In this document: in pieces, positions 9,611 to 20,300 of the stretch | Numbering within the stretch: position 1 is the first letter of the stretch | Layout: every line of letters begins with the position of its first letter | Sequence record: SRR2962707_5488 | Direction: 5' to 3' (one strand) | DNA: 64,000 bases | The notes under the pieces: generated by a model | Told to the model about the DNA's origin: nothing | The model's input: only the letters and a program-made list of their open reading frames with translations | Databases searched by the model: none | Program-made: the position numbers and the translations under genes

Positions 9611-10642
9611 ATGTCCGACACCGTTTTACTCGCAAGCCCGGAGACGCTGCCTGCCGCGTGGTACTGGAGCGACGAGGCGTGGCAGATCGAGCGCAAGGAG
9701 ATCTGGGCGAAGCACTGGTTCCTGATCGGCCGCGAGGCGCAGCTCGATGTGCCGGGCGACTATGTGTCGATGACGATGGCGGGCTATCCCGTTTTCGCGA
9801 TCAAGGGCAAGGACGGTATCGTCCGCGCCTTCCACAATGCTTGCCGCCACCGCGCCTCGCCATTGGTGCAGGACTGCGCGGGACACACCGACCGGCTCGC
9901 CTGTCCCTATCACCGCTGGCTCTATGATTTCGAAGGGCGACTGCGCGGTGCGCCGACCATGGAGATCGACAAGGACGCGTACGGACTTTTCCCCGTCCGC
10001 TGCGAAATCTGGCGCGGTCTTGTCTTCGTCACGCTCGACCTCGCGGCGATGCCCGTTGGCGACTGGCTTGAAGACATCGCCGCGGCGGCGCTGCGCTATC
10101 CGATCGAAGAGATGCAGCTTGCGCGCGAGTTCACCATCGAAGCGGATGTGAACTGGAAAACCTATGGCGACAATTACGCCGAGGCCTGGCACATACCGAC
10201 CATTCATCCGGGCCTCAACGAAGCGATCGACATGGCGAGCTACAAGATCGCAACGGTCGGACGCACGTTGCAAAGCCACGCGGCAAATGCGCGCGACGGC
10301 GGCAAGACGGACGGCTTCTGGGTGTGGCGTCTGCCGGGTCTGTTTTTCAATATGTACAACTGGGGCATGAATGTCGCGCAGCTTGAACCGCTGGGGCCGC
10401 GGCGGATGAAGCTCACCTATCGCTACTTCGTGAAAGACCTCGATCCGGCGAAGCAGGCGGAGCGCGATGCGCTGATCGACTGGGCCTATATGGTGGCGAA
10501 GGAAGACATCGATATCTGTCTTGCGGTGCAGAGAAATCTCGAAGCGGGCATCTACGACCGGGGGCGGCTTTCATCCGTTCACGAGAACGGCGTCATCCAG
10601 TTTCAGGGGCTGGTGGCGGCGGCGCACGGCGCCGCGCGCTGA
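9611..10642 (+). CDS. Rieske non-heme iron oxygenase alpha subunit (choline monooxygenase/CntA-like)
   Basis: Rieske CRH...CPYH; mononuclear site NYAEAWHIPTIH and EDIDIC; bridging Glu rather than Asp. Confidence 0.88.
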   Translation: MSDTVLLASPETLPAAWYWSDEAWQIERKEIWAKHWFLIGREAQLDVPGDYVSMTMAGYPVFAIKGKDGIVRAFHNACRHRASPLVQDCAGHTDRLACPYHRWLYDFEGRLRGAPTMEIDKDAYGLFPVRCEIWRGLVFVTLDLAAMPVGDWLEDIAAAALRYPIEEMQLAREFTIEADVNWKTYGDNYAEAWHIPTIHPGLNEAIDMASYKIATVGRTLQSHAANARDGGKTDGFWVWRLPGLFFNMYNWGMNVAQLEPLGPRRMKLTYRYFVKDLDPAKQAERDALIDWAYMVAKEDIDICLAVQRNLEAGIYDRGRLSSVHENGVIQFQGLVAAAHGAAR

Positions 10643-10680
10643 CGGCTCGCGCCTTGCGATTCTAAAATGGAAACCGACGG

Positions 10681-10810
10681 CGGGGATAAAGCGGGCTGTT
10701 TCGGCGCGTCTGTCACTGAACTGTCACGCGACCGTCACATTGGCGGATGAGCGTGCGCGCCGGGGATAAATCAGGGCGCCGGGAGGCGCCCGCGAAAAAA
10801 GTTATCCCCG
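10681..10810. repeat. Three CGGGGATAA/TTATCCCCG 9-mers and a GC hairpin in the convergent intergenic gap
   Basis: CGGGGATAA at 10681 and 10761, inverted TTATCCCCG at 10802, hairpin GGGCGCC-GGGA-GGCGCCC at 10774-10791. Confidence 0.6.
10710..10738 (+). promoter_or_regulatory. Triple Pho-box-like direct repeat (PhoB/OmpR-family site)
   Basis: CTGTCAC at 10710, CTGTCAC at 10721 and CCGTCAC at 10732, an exact 11-bp period. Confidence 0.6.
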
Positions 10811-10842
10811 CTTCGAGAGCGCCTCCCTGCCAGCGACTCGCG

Positions 10843-12162
10843 TCACCGTTCCTGCAGCGCGCTTTGCTTGAGCTTCAGGACGGGCTTCAGGAGATAGGCG
10901 AGGATCGTACGGTCGCCGGTGATGACGCTGACCTGCGAGATCATGCCTGGAATGATGGGAAGTTCCGCCTGACGCTCTTCGAGCGCCTCGTGATCGACGC
11001 TGACCGTGACCGGGAAGTAGTGCGCGCCCTCCTCCGTCATCTGCGTATCGGCGCCGACGCGCTCGACGCGACCGGGCAATGCGCCGTAGACGGAGAAATC
11101 ATAAGCGGTGATGCGGACTTTGGCTTCCTGCCCGGCATGGATGAAGGCGATGTCGGCGGGCGCCATGCGCGCTTCGATGAAGAGCGTGTCGTCGAGCGGC
11201 ACGATTTCCATGATGGTGCCGCCAGGTTCGACGACGGCGCCGGAGGTGAGCGTCGCGACGCGCTTCACGATGCCGGTTGCGGGCGCGCGCACGTCGCGGC
11301 GGCCGACGCGGTCGCGGTGGGCGATGAGGCGTTGCGACAGAGCGGCGACTTCGGCATTGGCGCGGCCCAGTTCCTCGCGCGCCTCGCTGACGAAGGTGGA
11401 GCGGCGCTCGGCAATGCGCGAGGCAAGCTCCTGCAGCTCGATCCCGGCGGCCCTGATGTCGCCGCGCGCTTTCGACAGCGCCTCATCGGTTTCGGCGAGC
11501 ATACGTTCGAGCTTCAGTTTCTCGACCACGGACATGAGGCCGTCGCGGACCTGACGGGCGACGAGATTATGTTCGGCGGCGAGGGAACGGCGCTTGTCTT
11601 CGAGATGGCCGATGCGCTCGGTCGCTTCCGCGATGGTTTCGCGGGCTTGTTCTTCCTGACGCTCGAAAATCGCGACGGCATCGGTGAGACCGGCCATGCG
11701 GCTTTCATAGAGCGAGGTTTCGGCGGCGATGAGCACGGCGCCTTCATCGGCGCCGCTGAGGTCTGCCGGGAAAGCGAGGGGCGCGCCGGACGCTTCCGCA
11801 GTGAGGCGCGCGGCGGAGGCCTGCATGGCGCGGTAGGTGCTGAGATCCTCGCGGTAGGAAGAAAGAGCGCCGGTGTTGTCGATCTGGGCAACGACATCGC
11901 CTTCCACGACGCGGTCGCCCTCGCGCACCAGCACCTTGCGGAGAATGCCGCCTTCGAGGTTCTGCACGACCTGAATGTGGCTTGACGGCACGACCGCGCC
12001 CTCGCCGCTCGCGGTCACGTCGATATGGGCGAAGGATGACCAGAGAAGCAGAAAGAAGAAGAGGCCGGCGACGATGGCGAGCAGCGTCAGCACCGCCTGT
12101 TTCGGTCCGCGGATCGGGTCGAGGATGACGGGGGCGGCGTTCATGAGGAGGCGGGTGCTCAT
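10843..12162 (-). CDS. HlyD-family type I secretion periplasmic adaptor
   Basis: N-terminal TM; VVQNLEGGIL; coiled coil; VRAPATGIVK; KVRITAYDFSVYG; IIPGM; ILAYLLKP. Confidence 0.95.
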   Translation of the reverse strand: MSTRLLMNAAPVILDPIRGPKQAVLTLLAIVAGLFFFLLLWSSFAHIDVTASGEGAVVPSSHIQVVQNLEGGILRKVLVREGDRVVEGDVVAQIDNTGALSSYREDLSTYRAMQASAARLTAEASGAPLAFPADLSGADEGAVLIAAETSLYESRMAGLTDAVAIFERQEEQARETIAEATERIGHLEDKRRSLAAEHNLVARQVRDGLMSVVEKLKLERMLAETDEALSKARGDIRAAGIELQELASRIAERRSTFVSEAREELGRANAEVAALSQRLIAHRDRVGRRDVRAPATGIVKRVATLTSGAVVEPGGTIMEIVPLDDTLFIEARMAPADIAFIHAGQEAKVRITAYDFSVYGALPGRVERVGADTQMTEEGAHYFPVTVSVDHEALEERQAELPIIPGMISQVSVITGDRTILAYLLKPVLKLKQSALQER

Positions 12163-14342
12163 TCTTTCTCACCTCTGGCCTTCACGCCTCCGGTGACGAG
12201 GTTGAGCGCGCGGCCCGGCTCCTTGCCGGTGAGGGCGGCGAGCACCTTGTCACGAGGCCCATCCATCGCGACGCGGCCGCGATCCAGCACGACGACGCGG
12301 GAGACGAGCGGCAGGAGGGCGGGCTTGTGGGTGACGATGACCGTGGTGAGACCAGCGCGCTCGCCCGCGAGACCGGCGATCACGCGCTGCTCGGTTGTGT
12401 TGTCCATCGCCGAAGTCGGCTCGTCCAGCAGCAGCACGGGCGGGCGGGCGGCAATCGCGCGGGCGAGCGAGACGGCCTGACGCTCGCCGCCCGAAAGGCG
12501 CGATCCGCCCTCGCCAACTTGAGTCTGCAGGCCAAGCACGGAGCGCGAGAGAAGTTCATCGAGACCGGCGGCACGGACGACTTCGAGCAGGCGCGCATCG
12601 TCGAGACCCGGATGAGCGGCGAGAATGTTGTCGCGGATCGTGCCGTGGAAGAGGACGGCTTCCTGACCGGCATAACCGATGGCGGTGCGCAGCGCCGCGG
12701 GATGGATCTGGCGGACGTCGACGCCGTCGAGGAGGACATGGCCTGCATCCGGCGCGTTCAGATTGAGCGCGAGGCGGAGCGCCGTGCTCTTGCCGGAACC
12801 GACGCGGCCGAGAATGGCGACGCTGGTGCCTGCCGCAATGTCGATGCTTATGCCGTCAAGCGCGGTGACGGGGGGCACATCCTCGCCGGGCGCGGGATAG
12901 GAGAAGCGCACCTCGCGGAAGGCGAGCGCGCCCTTGGCGGCGACTTTCTGAATCTGGCCGGGCGCTTCCTCGACGGGGGCCTGCATGAATTTGTCGAGAC
13001 CTTCGACGGCGAGCTTCGTCTGCTGCCAGCGCGCCATGAGGTTCGCGATCTGGGCGAAGGGCGAGATGGCGCGGCCGGAGAGAATGACGGCGGCGATGAG
13101 TGCGCCGGATGTGATTTCACCCGCGCCGACCAGAACCGCGCCGACGATGACGGTGAAGACGGTGACGAAGCTCGCCGCGCCCGCCGTTATCGAGCCGGAC
13201 AGGCTCGACCATTGGCGCGAGACAATCGCTGTTTCTCCGGTCTGCGCGATCAGGGCTTCCCAGTGGCGGCGCGCCCAGCTTTGCGCGTTCACGGCCTTGA
13301 TGGTGTCGATGCCGGCCATGGTTTCATGCAGGAAGGCGGATTTATGCGCGGCTTCGCGGTGTGCGCGGGCGACGGCGCGGCCTATCGGCTTTTGCAGCAG
13401 GAAACCCGTCGCGACGATGAGGAGGATGCCCGTCATGGGCACGAGCACGATCCAGCCGCCGACCCACCAGATGATCGCGAGGAAGAGGAAGACGAAGGGC
13501 ACGTCGCCGAGGCCGACCAATGTGGCGGAGGTGAAAAAATCGCGCACGGTTTCGAATTCGCGAACCGTGTTTGCCAGCGTGCCCGCGCTTTGCGGACGCG
13601 CGGTGCCGCGAAGGGCCAGAAGCTGGCGGAAGAGGCGCGCGCCGACCGAGACGTCGAAGCGGCGGCCCGCGACATCGACGAGATAGCCGCGGATCACGCG
13701 CATGGCGACATCCGTCAGGATGATGACCGAGATGCCGATGGAGAGCGCGACGAGGCTCGCCATCGCGTTGTTCGGGATCACGCGGTCATAGACCGCCATG
13801 GTGAAGAGCGAAATCGCGATGGCGGCGAGATTGACGAAGAGGCCTGCGAGAATGGCGAAGCCGTAGAGCCGCCGGTTCGCGAAGAGCGTACCCTTGAACC
13901 AGTCCTTTTCCGGTTCGACATCGAAGAGAAGGCTGCGCTGGTCGAAATAGAAGGCGGGGCGGAGTTGCCAGACGGCGGCGGCTGCATCGAGCTCATGATC
14001 GGGAAGCCAGAAGGCCTCGCCATCGCCCTGAGACGCCATGAAGCCGGAGCCGCGCCGGACGAGAAGCGCCACCGCGCCATCGACCACGGAGACAGCGAGC
14101 GCGGGCATCTGCGTGCGCGAGAGATGCTGGGCGGGAACGCCCGCTTCCGCCGCGATGATTTCCGCGCGCGACGATACCTCGGCGACATGGGAGGAAGAAA
14201 GACGCCCGCCCTTCAGCGGCAGGCCGGCGAGGAGCGCGTCCCTGTCCGCGCTCTTGCCGAAATAACGCAGCGCCGCCTCAAGCGCGGGGAGGTAATCCAC
14301 CTCCCCCGCTTCAGGCTTTTCGTGTTGCGCCATGTTCGTCAT
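12159..14342 (-). CDS. Type I secretion ABC permease/ATPase (LapB/LssB-like, C39-like N-domain)
   Basis: VYDRVIPN, Walker A GRVGSGKST, LSGGERQ, LLLDEPTSAMD. Start is 14342, 14333 or 14354. Confidence 0.95.
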   Translation of the reverse strand: MTNMAQHEKPEAGEVDYLPALEAALRYFGKSADRDALLAGLPLKGGRLSSSHVAEVSSRAEIIAAEAGVPAQHLSRTQMPALAVSVVDGAVALLVRRGSGFMASQGDGEAFWLPDHELDAAAAVWQLRPAFYFDQRSLLFDVEPEKDWFKGTLFANRRLYGFAILAGLFVNLAAIAISLFTMAVYDRVIPNNAMASLVALSIGISVIILTDVAMRVIRGYLVDVAGRRFDVSVGARLFRQLLALRGTARPQSAGTLANTVREFETVRDFFTSATLVGLGDVPFVFLFLAIIWWVGGWIVLVPMTGILLIVATGFLLQKPIGRAVARAHREAAHKSAFLHETMAGIDTIKAVNAQSWARRHWEALIAQTGETAIVSRQWSSLSGSITAGAASFVTVFTVIVGAVLVGAGEITSGALIAAVILSGRAISPFAQIANLMARWQQTKLAVEGLDKFMQAPVEEAPGQIQKVAAKGALAFREVRFSYPAPGEDVPPVTALDGISIDIAAGTSVAILGRVGSGKSTALRLALNLNAPDAGHVLLDGVDVRQIHPAALRTAIGYAGQEAVLFHGTIRDNILAAHPGLDDARLLEVVRAAGLDELLSRSVLGLQTQVGEGGSRLSGGERQAVSLARAIAARPPVLLLDEPTSAMDNTTEQRVIAGLAGERAGLTTVIVTHKPALLPLVSRVVVLDRGRVAMDGPRDKVLAALTGKEPGRALNLVTGGVKARGEKE

Positions 14343-14350
14343 GCCCGCCC

Positions 14351-17300
14351 TCAAGCCACGGCCGGCAGCGTGCCGGCCACGCCCACGTCTTCATGCACGT
14401 AGAGCTGAGCCGTGCCATTTGCGAAGATGTTGTAGGTCGCGCCGCCATCGACCTCCGAGCCTTCGAATGTCCAGCCGGCGTCGTCGGTTCTGACGTCGGA
14501 GCCTGTCACACCGGAGATGGTCAGGCGGGTCATTTCGTCTCCCGGCAACCCCACTATGTCATCCGACATGGCGAGGATGTCCTTTGCTTCGAGCCTGACA
14601 TGCGTGAAGTTGCTGCTCAGGTTTATCTCCTCGACGCTTTGAAGAGCGTTGACGCCGCTGTTTTGCAAGTAGAGATATTTGTGGGAGTTGATCGCCGACA
14701 AGGTGAGCGTGTCGTGGCCTTCACCGCCGATGACAGAGTCGACCACGGAACTCATGTTCTCCATGAAGAAGTTGAAGTTGTCGTCGCCTGCCGTTCCCGG
14801 TGCCGCGGAAAAGCCCGTAATGCCCTGGACTTCGATATTCATGCGGCCGGTGCGCCCGTCTTCCAGCGTGTAGAGGAAGGAATCCGTGCCCGTGGCGCCG
14901 CTGTTCATCGTGCCGAGCGTTTGCGAGTCCTGAGCACTATAGGTGATCTCGCCTGTACCGGCGTCGTAGCTTACCGTCGCCCCGAGCTTGCTGGTCCCCT
15001 CTACCGACGCCAGCGAAGCGCCCGGACCATCATTTGCGGTAAGCCAGCTCTCGTCGAAGGTAATGATATCGTCTTCCGTATAGCGTCCGAACTGAACGCC
15101 ATTGCCGCCGATCTCATAGACAGCGCTAATCAGCGCGGCGTCATCGGCCTGCGCGCTGTACCAGGTGCCGGTGAAGTCGATATAGGCGTAGTTCTCACCC
15201 GCCTCCGTGGTGGGCTCGCCGCTCGCCCAGTTTTCGTATGCGCCGCCCGGGGCCGAGCCGCCGCTTCCGCCGTTCCAGAAAGTCTGGCCGGCTTCCGGAC
15301 CGCCTATCCATTGCCAGACGCCATCATTGTCGGCATCGGAGGCGCCGATATAGCGATACCGGTAGCTGCCGGAACCGCCGACTCCATCGACGACATCGTT
15401 TTCCGCCTGCGACGTGATCGTGGCGAGGTAGGGCGTGACGCCCTCGGGAAATTCGTAATTGGCGAAGCTGATATTCTCGCCGTTGGCTACTGCCTCCTCG
15501 AAAGTCATGTTGTAACCGTCCCGGAAATAGAAGTGTCCGGTGTCGGTATCGTAGGCGGAGTTGGAGATGAAGGGACCGAGATAGAGATAGTCTTCTGCGG
15601 CCGTGGTCTCGGCGAGACCCTGCACCTCGATCGCGACCTCCGCCGTCGATCCGTCCGCCAGCGTGTAGCTGAACGTGTCGTTGGCGGTTTCTCCCTCTCC
15701 CAGCGCCTGAACGGCGGCTGCGGCGCTGGCGTCATAGGTGATCTCGCCGGTGCCGGAATTGTAGCTGACGACCGCACCCATTGAACTGGTGGAAGAGACC
15801 GACGCAATGCTCGCGCCGTCCGCGTCGTTTGCGAGAAGGATGCTGCCCGTGAACGTGTACGGCCTGTCTTCGTCGATATTGCCATAGGCCTGGCCATTGC
15901 CGCCGGCTTCGGCCACTGTGGGGGTGCTTCCAGACACATAGTTCACGACGTCGTTCCACGACCCGTAAGAATTCACGCCGTAGTCTTCAGCCTCACCGCC
16001 GCCATTCGGCTGATTGGCGCCCCAGCTGACATAGGCACCGTTCTGCGCGGCACCGGTCGTGTCGCCGATCCAGAACGTCGTACCTGCTTCGGGGCCCGTT
16101 ACCCATTGCCAGGTGCCTTCGGTATCGACGTCATTCGCGCCGATATAGAAGTGGCCGAACCGGTCGCTGAGGAAGGTGTTCTCGGCTTCGCTGGTGATGG
16201 TGACAAGGTAGCTGTCGCCCGGGAGCATGTTCGCGGCGGTCGACTGGGCGTTCGTCCATCCCCAGTCCGTCGAGCTCTGTGTGTAGACGTGGCCGTTGTC
16301 TGCCAGGTGATCCCAGCCGAGTGGAACGGCGCTCAACGTGTCCGCCTCGGCGTTCATGGGCACCACCACGGGCTCTCCTATGGTGATGTCGAGAGCGGCA
16401 GAAGGCGCGCTTTCATTCGCCGCGGCGTCGAGGCCCGTGACGGTGAAGCTGTGTTCGCCGTCAGGGAGCACGGAGGTCGTGAATGACCATGATGTGCCCG
16501 TCATCGGCACCGTGCCGAGCAGCACGCCGTTATCGTAGACATTGACGAGGGTCGCCACGGGGCGGGTGCCCGAAAGCGTGATCGTGTTGTCGTCTGTGAT
16601 GCCGTCGCCGATGTCGCCGGTATCGCTTCCCCAACTGTCGATCGACGGGGTCGCGGGCGCCGTGGTGTCCACCCAGACGATCTGGGTGTTGGACGAAGCG
16701 CCGAGATTGCCCGCGTCGTCGACGGCGCGCGCGGTTATGTAGTGATAACCTTCCGCCAGAACGGAGGTCGTATGCGTCCAGTTGCCGCTGCCGTCCGCTA
16801 CCGTCGTTCCGATCTGACCGCCACCCAGATAGATGCGGACCGTCTCGCCCGCCCCCGCCGTGCCTGTGAGGGTCGGCGTGGTGTCGGAGGTCTGGGTGGC
16901 GGAGGTGCCGGTCTGATCGGTGAAGCCGGTAATGACCGGTGCGCCGGGGCCGATATTGTCGAGTTCGATCGTGTTCGTGACAGTGCCGGACTGGTTGCCC
17001 GCGCGGTCGACGGCATAGGCCTCGACCGTGATCTCGCCGTTCTGGAGACCCGAAATGTTGGCGCCGCCCAGCGTCCACGAAGTGCCCTTGACGGTCGCCG
17101 TGCCGGAGACGGTGCCGCCGAGCTCATCCGTGAATGTCACGTAGACGGTATGCCCGCCGATGGAGGTGCCGGAGACGTTGAAATAACCGTCTTCCGCAGC
17201 ATTCACCAGATTGTCGCCCGCTATCGGCGTGGTGACGGTGACTGCCGGGGGGGTCGTGTCGACCACCACATACATGGTGCCGGTCTGAGCGCTCGGGTTA

Positions 17301-20300
17301 CCTGCGGCATCCTCCGTGCGCGCGGTCACATTGTGATAGCCGTCGGCGAGCGTGCCCGTGGTGAAGGACCAGTCGCCATTGCCGTCCGCAACCGTCGTGC
17401 CAGCGGAGACGCTGTTGATGAAGACACGTACTGTCGCGCCTGCTTGTGCGGTCCCCGTGATGGTGGGCGTGGTGTCGGAGGTCTGCCTGTCGGTGCCGGA
17501 AATGCCCGTGTCCTCGGAGACGGCGGTGATGACGGGGACAGGCGGCGGCGTGTCGTCGATCGTAACGGCGAGGGCGCCGGATTCGTCGCCCTCGTTGCCG
17601 GCGTAGTCGACGCCGACGACGGTAAACTCATGCTCTCCTTCGGACAGCGATTCCGTATAGAAGATCCATGAGAGGCCGTTGACGGTCGCCTCGCCGATTT
17701 CGACGCCATTGTCGTAGACGATGACAGTTCGGGTTCCCGATTGCGCCGTGCCCTGGATGGCGATGAGGTTGTTGGTGGTGACACCGTCGCCCTGCGTGCC
17801 GGAATCCGGCGAGAAGCCGGTGATGACCGGAGCCGCGGGCGCGACCGTGTCGATGCCGATGGTCATCGTGTTGGACGCGGCGCTCATATTGCCGGCGGCA
17901 TCGAGGGCGCGCGCTTCGTAGGTCGCATAACCGTCTGCGATCACGCCCGTCGTCACCGACCAGTCGCCATCGCCATTCGCCGTGGTCGTCGCCACGAGAC
18001 CGCCGCCGCGGAAGATGTTGATGGTGGCGTTCGCAACCGCCGTGCCTGTGAAGGTGAGCGTGTTGTCGTTGGTCTGGTTGTCCGACGACGAATAGCCGGT
18101 GTCGTCGGAGAAGCTGACGATGACGGGCGCCGCCGGGGCGGCCGTGTCAACGGTGACGGAAAACGCCGCCGAGGGATCGCTCGGGCCGTAGCCGCCGGGC
18201 GCGGTGGCGACGACGGTGAAATCATGGCCGCCATCCCCGAGCTCGCCGGTCAGGAAGTGCCAGTTGCCGGCGCCGTCAGCCGTGACCGTACCGAGCGAAA
18301 CGCCGCCATCGAATATCTCGACGGTGGCGCTGTTCGCAGCCGTTCCATAGAGATCGAGCGTGGTATCCCTGGTTGTGCCGTCTCCGCTCGCGCCGGTGTC
18401 GTTGCTGAACAGAGTGATGACGGGCGTGGCCGTCGCCGGCGGCGGGCCGCTCGCGACGGTGAGGGTGAGCGCCGCGGACGCTTCGCTCACATTGCCGGCA
18501 TTGTCCGTCGCGCGGGCGGTGAAGCTGTAGCTCGCTTCGGCAAGCTCTCCCGTGGTGAAGGACCAGTTGCCCGAGCCGTCGGTCGTCACGGTGCCGAGAG
18601 AGATGCCGTTCTCGAAAATTTCGACGGTGCTGTTGGCCAGCGCCGTGCCGGAAAGCGTGGGCGTCGTGTCGGAGGTAATGCCGTCGCCCGTGGGAAGGCT
18701 GTCGTCGCTGAACCCCGTGATCACGGGAGCGTCTGGCGCCATCGTGTCGATGAAGACGATCTGCGTGCCGCTGTAGCTGCTTTCGCGGCCCGCGAGATCC
18801 GTCGCCTTGACGGTGAAGGAATGGACGCCCTCGGTGAGCTCGGCCGTCGTGTAGGACCAGTTGCCACTGCCATCGGCCGTTGCGGTACCGAGGACCGTGG
18901 AGCCGTTGCGGATGGTGACGGTGGCATTCGCCTCCGCCGTGCCGGTGAGCGTCGGTGTCGTGTCGGAGGTGCGGAAGTCGCCCGGGGTGCCGGTGTCGTC
19001 GCTGATCGACACCAGAACGGGAACGGGAGGCGCCGTCAGGTCGACGGTGAACTCGACCTCGTTGCTCTCGCCGCTTTCGTTTCCGACATAATCGCGCGCA
19101 ACCGCCGTGAAGCTGTGTGTGCCCTGCGGCAGCGCCGAGACGAGCAGGGTCCAGTTGCCGCCGCTTACCTGGGCAGTACCGACCTGGACGCCGTCGCGGT
19201 AGACGGCGACGCTGTTGGCGTCCGCGGCCGTGCCGGAGAGGTAAGTCCAGTTGAAGGAGCTGATGCCGTCGTCCGGCTGAGCGCCGTTGTCGTTGCTTAA
19301 GCCGGTGATGACGGGCGCGGCGGGCGCCACGGTGTCGATGCTGACGACGAAATTGCCGGACTGGATGCTCTGGTTGCCCGCTGCGTCGACGGCGCGCGCA
19401 TAGAAGTAATGGAAGCCGTCGGCGATCACACCGGTCGTAGCCGACCAATCGCCGTTTCCATCGGCAATGCCCGTCGCGACGAGCGTTGAGGAGAGATAGA
19501 CGTTGACGGTTTCGCCCGCGCCGGCGGTGCCGGTGAAGGTCAACGTGTTGTCGGAGGTCTGGAAGTCGGGATTGCCGGTGTCGTCGCTGTAACCGGTGAT
19601 GGCGGGTGTATCCGGGCGGGTTGCATCGATGGTGACATCGAATGCTGCCGTTTCCGCGCTTTCGTTACCCGCGCCGTCGCGCGCCGCTGCGGTGAAGCTG
19701 TGCTCTTCATCGGTGAGCGTTGCCGTAGTAAAGGACCATGTGCCGCCCGCGACGAAAGTCGTGCCGAGTTCGACGCCGCCATCATAGATGACGATGGTGG
19801 AACCCGGAGCGCCGGTGCCGGTGAGCGTCAAGGTCGCATCGTTGGTGAGACCGTCGCCTTGCACGCCGCTATCGTTAGAGAAAGCGGTGATGACGGGCGT
19901 GGCGGGCGGCGTCGTGTCGATATTGATATAGAGATCGTTCGACCAGGCGCTGGAATTGCCCGCCGCATCGAGGGCGCGCGCTTCGTAGCTTGCGTAGCCT
20001 TCGGACAGTTCGCCCGTGGTGATCGTCCAGTTGCCGGAGCCGTCCGCCGTTGTCGTGCCGACGATGCCACCACCCCGGAAGAGCTGGACGGTCGCGTTCG
20101 CGTCGGCCGTGCCCGTGAAAGTAAGTGTCGTGTCGGAGGTCGAGTTTGCGGTGGTTCCCGTGTCGTCGCTGAAGCCGGTGATGACGGGCGCGGCGGGGGC
20201 CACATTGTCGAGAACGATGTCGTGGGTGACGGTATCGGACTGGTTGCCCGCGGCATCCGTGGCATAGGCCTCGATGGTGATGGTGCCGTTGTCGAGCGCG

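Noticed and set aside
10645..10842. Replication origin
   Set aside because: The boxes are two mismatches from the DnaA consensus, with no AT-rich unwinding element and no origin-associated genes.
14830..16370. Lectin-fold domains as diversity-generating retroelement targets
   Set aside because: No reverse transcriptase and no near-identical template/variable repeat pair differing at adenines in the window.
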